Of a DNA stretch of 36,157 bases, positions 7,652 through 16,200 are shown piece by piece. The position numbers and the translations under genes were made by a program. How positions within the stretch are numbered: position 1 is the first letter of the stretch; every line of letters starts with the position of its first letter. The stretch covers positions 1 to 36,157 of the forward strand of contig DATFRX010000404.1 in assembly GCA_035262905.1 (NCBI GenBank), read 5' to 3'. The notes under the pieces were generated by a model. The model ran no database searches, was not told the DNA's origin, and worked only from the letters and a program-made list of their open reading frames with translations. Source of the DNA: Nocardioidaceae bacterium (GTDB taxonomy: Bacteria > Actinomycetota > Actinomycetes > Propionibacteriales > Nocardioidaceae).

Positions 7652-8356
7652 ATGAGTACAACGTCGGATCACCTCACGCCGCACCTGGATGCCGACGCCC
7701 GACGCCGTCTGGAGGCGCTCGTACACGAGCTCGACGACGAGCCGGAGCGGATCTCGGTGCTGTTCCCGGCTGTGGGTCGGCGGGTGGCGCGCGGACCGTC
7801 CGACGCCGACGACCCGGACGGCGTCCGGCACCCACGACTCGAGGACGAGGCCCGGGTGGCGCTGCTGGCGACGCTGGCCGACGCCTGGCGGGACCGGCCG
7901 GAGCGGTTCGACCGTGAGATCGCCGAGCTCTACCGCTACGGCGACGCCGACGAGAAGCGCGGCGTGCTGCGGGCCCTGTCGGCGATCGACCCCGAGCCAG
8001 GCCCGGCCTCCCTGCCGCTGGTCGACGACGCACTGCGAACCAACGACGTGCGTCTGGTCGCCGCGGCGCTCGGGGCGTACGGAGCGCGACACCTCAGCGT
8101 CGAGGCCTGGCGCCAGGGCGTACTGAAGTGCCTGTTCGTGGGAGTCCCGCTCGATGCCGTCGCTCGCCTCGACGAGCGGGCCGACGCCGAGCTGGCTCGC
8201 ATGGTGGCCGACTACTGCCGCGAGCGCACCGCCGCCGGGCGATCGGTCCCGGCGGACGCGAGCCGGGTGCTCGAGCGGGTTCCTTGGAGCGCTGCGGATC
8301 GGCCGGAAGACGGCGGCAATCGGAGGACGGAGACCGAAGGACTGGAGGCCACCTGA
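7652..8356 (+). CDS. eboA: EboA-domain protein (function unknown)
   Basis: ATG at 7652 follows GAGGAGG. There is no recognisable catalytic motif. It is Ala/Arg/Asp-rich and predicted helical (VLFPAVGRRVARGP...). Its position directly upstream of the TatD-like gene matches ebo clusters. The assignment rests on context plus recalled family features. Confidence 0.55.
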   Translation: MSTTSDHLTPHLDADARRRLEALVHELDDEPERISVLFPAVGRRVARGPSDADDPDGVRHPRLEDEARVALLATLADAWRDRPERFDREIAELYRYGDADEKRGVLRALSAIDPEPGPASLPLVDDALRTNDVRLVAAALGAYGARHLSVEAWRQGVLKCLFVGVPLDAVARLDERADAELARMVADYCRERTAAGRSVPADASRVLERVPWSAADRPEDGGNRRTETEGLEAT

Positions 8357-9225
8357 TGCGCATCTTCGACCCGCACATCCACATGACGTCCCGCACCACC
8401 AACGACTACGAGGCGATGTACGCCGCCGGAGTCCGGGCGCTCGTCGAGCCGGCGTTCTGGCTGGGCCAGCCGCGCACCAGCATCGGCTCGTTCTGCGACT
8501 ACTTCGACGGTCTGGTCGGCTGGGAGCGGTTCCGGGCTGCCCAGTTCGGCATCCGGCACCACTGCACGATCGCGCTGAATCCGAAGGAGGCGAACGACCC
8601 GCAGTGCGCGGCGGTGCTCGACGTACTGCCGCGCTACCTGGCCAAGGACGGCGTCGTCGCGGTCGGGGAGGTCGGGTTCGACTCGATGACGGCCGAGGAG
8701 GAGAAGGCATTCGCGCATCAGCTCGAGTTGGCAGGCGAGCACGACCTGCCGGTGCTGGTGCACACGCCGCACCGGGACAAGGCCGCGGGAACCCGCCGGA
8801 CGCTGGAGCTGGTCGCGAGCTCCGGGTTGCCGCCGGAGCGGGTGCTGGTGGACCACCTCAACGAGCTGACCGTGCAGATGGTGGCCGAGTCCGGCTGCTG
8901 GATGGGGTTCTCGATCTATCCCGACACCAAGATGGACGAGCAGCGGATGGTCGGGATCCTGGCCGCGTACGGGCTGGACCGGATGATCGTCAACTCGGCG
9001 GCCGACTGGGGTCGCAGCGATCCGCTCAAGACGGCGAAGACCGGCTGGGCGATGCTCGACAACGGCTTCACCGACGACGACGTCGATCGCGTGCTGTGGC
9101 GAAACCCGGTGGAGTTCTACGCGCAGAGCGGACGGCTCCTGCTCGACGAGATCGAGGCCGAGCCCACGGCGACCTTCCAGGGCAACTCGGTGCTGCGCGG
9201 GCAGCGCCCGACCGAACAGGAGTGA
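8356..9225 (+). CDS. eboB: TatD-family metal-dependent hydrolase (EboB-like)
   Basis: TGATG overlap at 8356. Motifs: MRIFDPHIHM (metal-binding HxH), VAVGEVGFD, PVLVHTPH, MIVNSAADWG. Confidence 0.75.
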   Translation: MRIFDPHIHMTSRTTNDYEAMYAAGVRALVEPAFWLGQPRTSIGSFCDYFDGLVGWERFRAAQFGIRHHCTIALNPKEANDPQCAAVLDVLPRYLAKDGVVAVGEVGFDSMTAEEEKAFAHQLELAGEHDLPVLVHTPHRDKAAGTRRTLELVASSGLPPERVLVDHLNELTVQMVAESGCWMGFSIYPDTKMDEQRMVGILAAYGLDRMIVNSAADWGRSDPLKTAKTGWAMLDNGFTDDDVDRVLWRNPVEFYAQSGRLLLDEIEAEPTATFQGNSVLRGQRPTEQE

Positions 9226-9228
9226 GCC

Positions 9229-10395
9229 ATGCGGTTCCGGCACCCGGACGGCACGCTCGTCCATCTCGCGTACTGCACCAACGTCCACCCCACCGAGGAC
9301 TTCGAGGCGCTGCTCGACCAAGTGCGCCGCTACGGCGGTGGGGTGCGGGCCCGGCTCGGCGTCGACCGGCTGGGACTCGGTCTGTGGCTGCCGGCACCGG
9401 TTGCCGCGCATCTGGCCGACCACCCGGACGTCGAGCGGCTACGGGAAGCACTCGCGGACAGCGGACTCGAGGTGGTCACGCTCAACGCCTTCCCGTACGC
9501 CGGGTTCCACGATCCTGAGGTGAAGAAGGCCGTCTACCGGCCGGACTGGTGTGACTCGGCCCGGCTGGAGTACACGCTCAACTGCGCGGCTGTCCTGGCC
9601 AAGCTGCTGCCCGACGACGCGGCCCGCGGCAGCATCTCCACACTGCCGCTCGGCTGGCGCAGCCCGTGGTACGCCGACCGGCAGCATCAGGCCGAGGAGC
9701 ACCTGGCCAGGCTGGTGGAGGGCCTGGAGAAGCTGCAGGCCGAGACCGGCTGGGCGATCCGGGTCGGTCTCGAGCCGGAGCCCGGGTGTGCCGTGGAGAC
9801 CACCACCGATGCGGTGGAGCGGCTGGCCCAGGTGGACACCGACTGGATCGGCGTCTGTCTGGACACCTGCCATCTGGCGGTGGAGTTCGAGGACTCGGCG
9901 GCCGCCGTCGAGCGGTTGGCCTCGGCCGGCCTGCCCGTCGTGAAGGCGCAGGCGTCAGCGGCGCTGCAGGCGGCGACACCGGGCGAGGCAGCCACCCGGG
10001 AGGCGCTGGCCGACTACTCCGAGGACCGGTTCCTGCACCAGACCCGCGAGCACGCGGGCGGACGGACCATGGGCCGCGACGACCTGCCTGACGCGCTGGA
10101 CGGCCGGCGGGCGCTGCGTGGCCGCGGCCCCTGGCGGGTGCACTTCCACGTGCCGCTGCACGAACGGCCGGTTGAGCCGCTGGACGGCACCCATGACCAC
10201 CTGACGCAGACGCTGGCGGCCCTGCTTGGCGGGCCGACGGCGGTGACCGACCACATCGAGGTGGAGACGTACACCTGGTCGGTGCTGCCGGAGGCCCGGC
10301 GGCCGGACGGTCCGGACGGGCTGGTCGACGGCATCGCGGCCGAGCTGGGCTGGGCCCGCGACCGACTCGTCGAGCTCGGATTGGAGACGCTGTGA
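9229..10395 (+). CDS. eboE: EboE-like xylose-isomerase-fold TIM-barrel protein (metabolite traffic protein EboE family)
   Basis: ATG lies 3 nt after the upstream stop. The N-terminal LAYCTNVHPTEDFEAL and LEPEPGCAVE, CLDTCHLAVEFED, VHFHVPLH fit the about 390 aa EboE type. It is flanked by TatD-like and AP-family genes. Confidence 0.65.
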   Translation: MRFRHPDGTLVHLAYCTNVHPTEDFEALLDQVRRYGGGVRARLGVDRLGLGLWLPAPVAAHLADHPDVERLREALADSGLEVVTLNAFPYAGFHDPEVKKAVYRPDWCDSARLEYTLNCAAVLAKLLPDDAARGSISTLPLGWRSPWYADRQHQAEEHLARLVEGLEKLQAETGWAIRVGLEPEPGCAVETTTDAVERLAQVDTDWIGVCLDTCHLAVEFEDSAAAVERLASAGLPVVKAQASAALQAATPGEAATREALADYSEDRFLHQTREHAGGRTMGRDDLPDALDGRRALRGRGPWRVHFHVPLHERPVEPLDGTHDHLTQTLAALLGGPTAVTDHIEVETYTWSVLPEARRPDGPDGLVDGIAAELGWARDRLVELGLETL

Positions 10396-11783
10396 ACAAG
10401 CTGCTCGTCATCGACGTCGTGGGGCTCACCCCGCGGCTGCTGACCCACATGCCCCGGTTGAGTGCGCTGTCCGGCGACGGGTTCGACGCCGAGCTCGGCA
10501 CCGTGCTGCCAGCGGTCACATGCCCGGCCCAGTCGACCTTCCTGACCGGACTGACGCCGCAAGAGCACGGGATCGTCGGGAACGGCTGGTTCTTCCGCGA
10601 CCTGGGCGAGGTGTTGTTCTGGCGGCAGCACAACCGGCTCGTCGAGGGCGAGAAGGTCTGGGAGACCGCCCGCCGGACCTGGCCGGACTACCGGGTCGCC
10701 AACGTGTGCTGGTGGTACGCGATGGGATCCAGCACCGACACCACCATCACGCCGCGACCGGTCTACCACGCCGACGGACGCAAGTCGCCGGACTGCTGGA
10801 CCTGGCCGCCGTCGCTGCACGGCCGGCTGACCGGCCAGCTCGGCGCGTTCCCGCTGTTCAACTACTGGGGGCCGACGGCGTCGATCCAGAGCTCGAAATG
10901 GATCGTCGGAGCCACCCGGATGCTGCTGCCGGAGCACGATCTCACCCTGGCCTACATCCCGCATCTCGACTACGACCTGCAGCGCTATGGGCCGAAAAGT
11001 CAACAGGCCGTACAGGCCGCCCGTGACGTGGACGCCGCGCTGGCGCCGCTGCTGGACGACGCTCGCGACCAGGACGTCACGGTGGTGGTGCTCAGTGAGT
11101 ACGGCATCACCGATGTACGCCGTCCGGTGGACGTCAACCGGGCGCTGCGTCGAAACGGCCTGCTCCACGTACACACCAATGCCAGCGGCGAGCTGCTCGA
11201 CCCTTGGACGTCACGCGCGTTCGCCGTGGCCGACCATCAGCTGGCCCATGTGTACGTGCGGGATCCCGCCGACCTGGACCAGGTGCGGGAGCTGGTCGGT
11301 GCGCTGCCCGGCGTCGCAGAGGTGCTCGACGCGGACGGCAAGGCCGCGCATGGCCTCGACCACCCGCGGGCCGGCGAACTGGTCCTGGTGGCCGAGCCGG
11401 ACGCCTGGTTCACCTACTACTACTGGCTCGACGACGACCGCGCGCCGGACTTCGCCCGTGCGGTGGAGATCCACAAGAAGCCGGGCTACGACCCGGCCGA
11501 GCTGTTCCTCGACCCCGAGGACCGCTGGGTGAAGCTGCGGGCCGGAGCCGGGCTGGCCCGCAAGAAGCTCGGCTTCCGGTATGCGATGAACGTGGTCCCG
11601 CTGGACCCCGCGCCCGTGCGCGGCAGCCACGGCCGGCTGCCCGCCGACCCGGCGGACGGACCGATGCTGCTGTGCTCCGACCCGAGTGCCGCCCGGGAGC
11701 GGTTCGAGGCGACCGAGGTCCGCAACCTGCTGCTCCAGCTGGCCGGCGCACGGGTGGAAGCCGAGCGGCCGGTACCGGGATGA
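10392..11783 (+). CDS. eboF: Alkaline-phosphatase-superfamily nucleotide pyrophosphatase/phosphodiesterase (EboF-like)
   Basis: GTGA overlap at 10392. N-terminal LLVIDVVGLTPRLL and catalytic-Thr region LPAVTCPAQSTFLTGLTPQEHGIVGNGWF. Also YIPHLDY and SHGRLP. Confidence 0.75.
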   Translation: MNKLLVIDVVGLTPRLLTHMPRLSALSGDGFDAELGTVLPAVTCPAQSTFLTGLTPQEHGIVGNGWFFRDLGEVLFWRQHNRLVEGEKVWETARRTWPDYRVANVCWWYAMGSSTDTTITPRPVYHADGRKSPDCWTWPPSLHGRLTGQLGAFPLFNYWGPTASIQSSKWIVGATRMLLPEHDLTLAYIPHLDYDLQRYGPKSQQAVQAARDVDAALAPLLDDARDQDVTVVVLSEYGITDVRRPVDVNRALRRNGLLHVHTNASGELLDPWTSRAFAVADHQLAHVYVRDPADLDQVRELVGALPGVAEVLDADGKAAHGLDHPRAGELVLVAEPDAWFTYYYWLDDDRAPDFARAVEIHKKPGYDPAELFLDPEDRWVKLRAGAGLARKKLGFRYAMNVVPLDPAPVRGSHGRLPADPADGPMLLCSDPSAARERFEATEVRNLLLQLAGARVEAERPVPG

Positions 11784-12841
11784 CCAGAGCGGCGGCCGAG
11801 CCGGGGATCGCCAGGGACCCGGGCGACGGTCCGATCGTGGCCGGCCTCGCGGGGCGGCTGCTCGCGGAGACGCGCGAGCAGATCGAGCCCGCACTCCGGT
11901 CGGCAATCGACGGTCTGCCGCCCAGGGTGCGGTTGGCGGCCGGCTATCACGCCGGGCTGTGGGACGCCGAGGGCCGGCCCGCCGGCCACCCGGGCAAGGC
12001 GCTGCGGCCGGCGCTGGTGATGAGCTGCGGGCGCGCTGCCGCCGGTGACGACGTCGGAGCCTCGGAACGGCTGATCGCCGCGGCAGTGGCGGTCGAGCTC
12101 ATGCACGACTTCACGCTGCTGCACGACGACGTGATGGACGGTGACGCGGTACGCCGGCATCGGCCCGCGACCTGGGACGTGTTCGGCGTGGCGTACGCCG
12201 TCCTCACCGGCGACACCCTGCTGGCGCTGGCGCTGAACCAGCTGTCCCGGCTCGGTGCCGGCATCGAGACGCTGGCGGCCACGCTGCTCGAACTGTGCGT
12301 CGGCCAGGGCACCGATCTGGAGGTCCAGGGCCGATCCGACGACGCCGACCTGGATCGATGCCTGGCGCTGGCGGAGGCGAAGACCGGCGCTCTGCTGGGA
12401 TGTGCCTGTCAGCTGGGCGCGATGGTGGTGCGCCCGGGGGAGTGCGAGACGGCGCCGTACCGGGAGTTCGGCCGCCATCTCGGAGTGGCGTTCCAGCTCA
12501 CCGACGACCTGCTGGGCATCTGGGGCGACCCGGAGCTGACCGGCAAGCCGGTGCACGCCGACCTGGCAGCGCGAAAGCTGACCCTGCCGGTCACCGCGGC
12601 GTTGACCTCCGGGACCAGTGCGGGGGAGCGGCTGCGGGTGCTGTACGCCGACAGCAGGTCGAACGGAACCGCTCGGATGGCCGAGCTCGTCGAGCGGGCC
12701 GGTGGCCGGGCCTGGGCGCAGGCCGAGGCCGACCGGCGGGCCGGCCTGGCGCTGGAGGCACTGGAGGAGGCCGGGCCGGAGCCGGCCGCCGCGGCCGAGC
12801 TGCGGGCGCTGGTCGAGCTCGCACGTCGGCGGGACCTCTGA
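11780..12841 (+). CDS. Polyprenyl diphosphate synthase (trans-isoprenyl, short/medium chain; GGPP/FPP-synthase-like)
   Basis: ATGA overlap at 11780. First Asp-rich motif LLHDDVMDGDAVRRHRP, second Asp-rich motif FQLTDDLLGIWGD, and KPVHADLAARKLTLP. Confidence 0.85.
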   Translation: MTRAAAEPGIARDPGDGPIVAGLAGRLLAETREQIEPALRSAIDGLPPRVRLAAGYHAGLWDAEGRPAGHPGKALRPALVMSCGRAAAGDDVGASERLIAAAVAVELMHDFTLLHDDVMDGDAVRRHRPATWDVFGVAYAVLTGDTLLALALNQLSRLGAGIETLAATLLELCVGQGTDLEVQGRSDDADLDRCLALAEAKTGALLGCACQLGAMVVRPGECETAPYREFGRHLGVAFQLTDDLLGIWGDPELTGKPVHADLAARKLTLPVTAALTSGTSAGERLRVLYADSRSNGTARMAELVERAGGRAWAQAEADRRAGLALEALEEAGPEPAAAAELRALVELARRRDL

Positions 12842-12870
12842 CCCGAGGCTGATGGGGGGAGCAACCAGAG

Positions 12871-12937
12871 CTTTTAGAAATAAGTTACGAAAGTTCATCG
12901 TGAAATATTGAAAGTTTCAGTATTCACGCCGTAACTT
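12871..12937 (+). promoter_or_regulatory. AT-rich promoter/operator region, copy A
   Basis: Candidate -35 TTGAAA (12908-12913), an 18 nt spacer, then -10 TAACTT (12932-12937). The palindrome TGAAA-G-TTTCA (12909-12919) overlaps the -35. Upstream TTTTAGAAA / TTACGAAAGT boxes align with palindromes in copy B. This is a sharp AT-rich island in 70% GC DNA. Confidence 0.45.
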
Positions 12938-13106
12938 AAGGAAACCGCGAAACCACCGGAAGTGCTAGCGATGACATTATTTAGCTACTTTTCGGCAGAA
13001 CCAGGTCCGTCACAGCGGCATGACTCTCGGGTGGTCACCGCGATGCCGGCTCCTTTGGGATCCGCCCCTGCGCCTCGGGACGCAGCCCTTCTTGAGGAGG
13101 AGTCCG

Positions 13107-13181
13107 ATCCGGGCATCCCGGCCCGGTCGCTCACCGCAACCCTCACCCCGGCGGGCGCTTAGTGCTCGCTTCGGTCGCAGC
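13107..13181 (+). pseudogene. Decayed 5-prime remnant of a Tat-signal TIM-barrel gene (start codon position now ATC)
   Basis: AGGAGGAG-N4-ATC at 13095-13109 aligns with AGGAGGAG-N4-ATG of the 17607 gene. The translated remnant IRASRPGRSPQPSPRRALSARFGRS resembles MRASKSNPVRRALSRRRFLGTT. No barrel-coding sequence follows. Confidence 0.45.
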
Positions 13182-13212
13182 CGATTGCCCTCGTACGGCG
13201 GCCGAAGCGAGC
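13164..13212 (+). other. 15 bp stem hairpin in the 5-prime leader of the 13263 gene
   Basis: GCTCGCTTCGGTCGC (13164-13178) pairs with GCGGCCGAAGCGAGC (13198-13212), with one G-U pair and a 19 nt loop. It lies 50 nt upstream of the start codon and has no U-tract. Confidence 0.5.
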
Positions 13213-13262
13213 GGGGAACTCCCGCCATACCGCAACGACTCAGCGGTCGAGAAAGGAATCCC

Positions 13263-16200
13263 ATGTTCGAACGTACCAAGCCGCGTCCCCGAGGACGCGC
13301 GCCCTCGAGACCACGGCGCCAGGCGCTGGCCCTGGCGGCCGGCGCCGTGCTGGCGCTCGGCCTGACCACCATCCCGGCCCAGGGACAAGCACAGTCCCAA
13401 CCGGCCGCGGTGGCCGACGACGCCAGCGCGGTGAACGTGCTGGTCTTCCACGGCCCGGCCGAGGAGCAGGACGACCCGGTGCTGGACGCCGCAGCGGCGA
13501 TCGAGCAACTGGGCAGCAGCGGCGGATTCGACGTCGACGTCTCGACCGACCCGTCGGTGTTCAGCGCCGAGGGTCTGCGGCCGTACCGCGGTGTGGTGTT
13601 CCTGTCCGCCGTCGGAGCGGAGCTGAGCAACGACCAGGAGCGGGAGCTCGAGGACTACATCGAGGCCGGTGGCGGCTTCCTGGGCATCCACGACGCCGCC
13701 AGGGCGCAGGAGCGCTCGCAGTGGTTCGGTGGCCTGATCGGCGCGCGTCCGGTCGGCGCGCTGCCCGAGCCGGAGCCGGTCGTGTCGAGTGCGACCACCG
13801 CGAGTGGCGACAACCCGCCGAACGAGACCAGGTTCCAGCTGGTCGACGGCGACATCGGCACCAAGTGGCTGACCTTCAATCCCACCGGCTGGGTGGCCGT
13901 CCGGCTCCAGGAGGCGGCCGCGATCAACCAGTACGCGCTGACGTCGGCCAACGACTCCCCCGAGCGCGACCCGCGCAACTGGGCGCTGCAGGGGTCCAAC
14001 GACGGCTCGACCTGGACCGACCTGGACACCCGGAGCGGGGAGAGCTTCCCGAACCGGTTCCAGACCAAGGACTACTCGTTCGAGAACACCACGTCGTACG
14101 AGTGGTACCGGATCGACATCAGGGCGAACGCCGGCGGCCCGCTCACCCAGCTGGCCGAGCTCGAGCTCTTCGCCGGTGACGCGACGCCACCTGAGGACCC
14201 GCCGGTGCAGGAGGCGACGGTCAACTTCGTCGACCGGCAGCACCCGGCCAACGACGGGCTGCCGCTCACCGAGACCCGAGACGACCAGTGGCTGAACTGG
14301 GACACCAACCCGGTCGGCCAGGTCCACACCGTCGCGCAGGTGGACGAGTCGACCTACGACCCGGGTCGGGGCGCCAACGGTCCGTTCCATCCGATCTCGT
14401 GGTGCCGCGACTACGACGGCGGCCGGTCGTTCTACACCGGCATGGGAGCCACCGCCGACGGCTACGGCGACGGCGACTTCCAGGACCACTTGATGGGTGC
14501 CATCCAGTGGACGACCGGCATGGTCCGCGGCGACTGCCAGGCGACCATCGCGTCGAACTACCGGATCGAGCGACTCGTCACCCAGGGTCCGGCGCCGTTC
14601 GATCTCAACGACATCGGCGAGATCCACGGCCTGGACGTCGCGGCTGACGGCTCGGTGTTCTACATCGGCAAGTCGGCCTGCCCGTCCGGCCCGATCGCTT
14701 CGTGGGACAACCCGAACGTCGGCCTCGGCTGCGGCACCGTGCACCGGTGGGACCCCGACACCAAGCAGCCCAAGCTACTCGCGACGCTGCCGGCGTTCGG
14801 TAACCGCGGCAGTGGCGACGAGTCGGTCAAGGCCGAGGACGGCCTGGTCGGCATCGCGCTCGACCCGAAGTTCCTGCAGAACGGCTGGATCTACCTGTAC
14901 TGGATGCCGCAGGCGTCGGTCGACCGCACCCGGCACACCGGCGAGCGGACGATCTCGCGGTTCACCTACGACAAGCAGACCAACACGATCGACATGAACA
15001 GCCGGGTCGACCTGCTCAAGTGGGAGATCCAGGTGCACTTCTGCTGCCATGCCGGTGGCGGGATGGACTTCGACTCCGACGGCAACCTCTACATCGGTGT
15101 CGGCGACTCCAACTCGTCCGGCGGCTCCAACGGTTACTCGGGCAACAACTGGACCCAGGAGTTCGGTGGCTACTCCTACCAGGACGCCCGCCGTACGGCA
15201 GGCAACACCAACGACCTGGACGGCAAGATCCTGCGGATCCACCCCGAGCCCGACGGCACGTACACGATCCCGGACGGCAACCTGTTCCCCGAGTCGGAGG
15301 ACCCGGGCAACAAGACCCGGCCGGAGATCTATGTGATGGGCGTACGCAACATCTCGACGCTCTTCGTCGACCCGACGACCGACCTGCTCCACGCGGCCTG
15401 GGTCGGCCCGGACGCCGGCAGCCCGAGCCCGGAGCTGGGGCCGGCGAAGTACGAGACCGCCACCATCATCACGTCGGCCGGCAACCAGGGATGGCCCTAC
15501 TGCATGGGCAACGGCCAGCCGTACCGCGACCGGAGCAACGAGGACGCGAGCATCCTCACCGGCTGGTACGACTGCGACAATCTGCAGAACAACTCGCCAC
15601 GCAACACCGGCCTGGTGAACCTGCCGCCGGCGCGGGACAACATGATCTGGTACTCGCCGCAGGGTGGCGGACCGGTGTTCCCGGAGCGGTCCGACGGCAG
15701 TGGGATCCCGACGTACAACAACACGGAAACCACGTTCACCGAGCCGTACCTGCGGGGCGGCTGCCAGGCAATCATGACCGGCCCGGTCTATCACCAGTCG
15801 CTGATCACGCAGAAGAACAGTGACGTCGCGTGGCCGTCGTACTGGGAGGACAAGTGGTTCCTCGGTGACGAGTGCAACCCGAACAACCGGGTCGCGCTCA
15901 CCGTCGATCCCGACGGGATCGAGGACGCGCAGCCCCCGGTGTTCGCCGAGAGCCTGCGCGAGATCATCCCCGGCGGCGCTGCCAACCTGCAGAGCTGGAT
16001 GATGACCTCACGGTTCGGTCCGGACGGCGCCCTCTACATGGGCGACTACGGGGGCGGCTTCTTCAGCCTCAACCAGAACCAGAAGCTGATTCGGGTCGTC
16101 TACGACGGTGGTCCGCCGACTCCGGGTCCCACCGCGTCGTCGGTCGCCGTCAACAACACGCCGATGACGATCGCGTTCAGCGGCGAGAAGTCCGGCGGCG

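Noticed and set aside
12962-13162. Small ORF of 66 aa inside the AT-rich intergenic region.
   Set aside because: It has no RBS. It spans the promoter/leader module, which is conserved as DNA rather than as protein in copy B, where the frame is not maintained. Its composition is atypical of coding sequence.
13020-13262. In-frame ATG at 13020 that would add 81 aa to the N-terminus of the 13263 protein.
   Set aside because: The extension is Arg/Pro/Ser-rich, lacks a signal peptide and has no RBS. It overlaps sequence homologous to the non-coding leader of the 17607 gene. The ATG at 13263 has a GAGAAAGGA RBS and is followed by a proper signal peptide.
13020-13262. Possible known riboswitch (cobalamin, c-di-AMP/ydaO, SAM and others) in the long structured leader.
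   Set aside because: I could not find the conserved cores. There is no B12 box and no ydaO-type ACGGGGA/CCGA pseudo-symmetric pattern. The best explanation for the sequence is a decayed gene 5-prime end. An unknown RNA element is still possible and is noted under findings.
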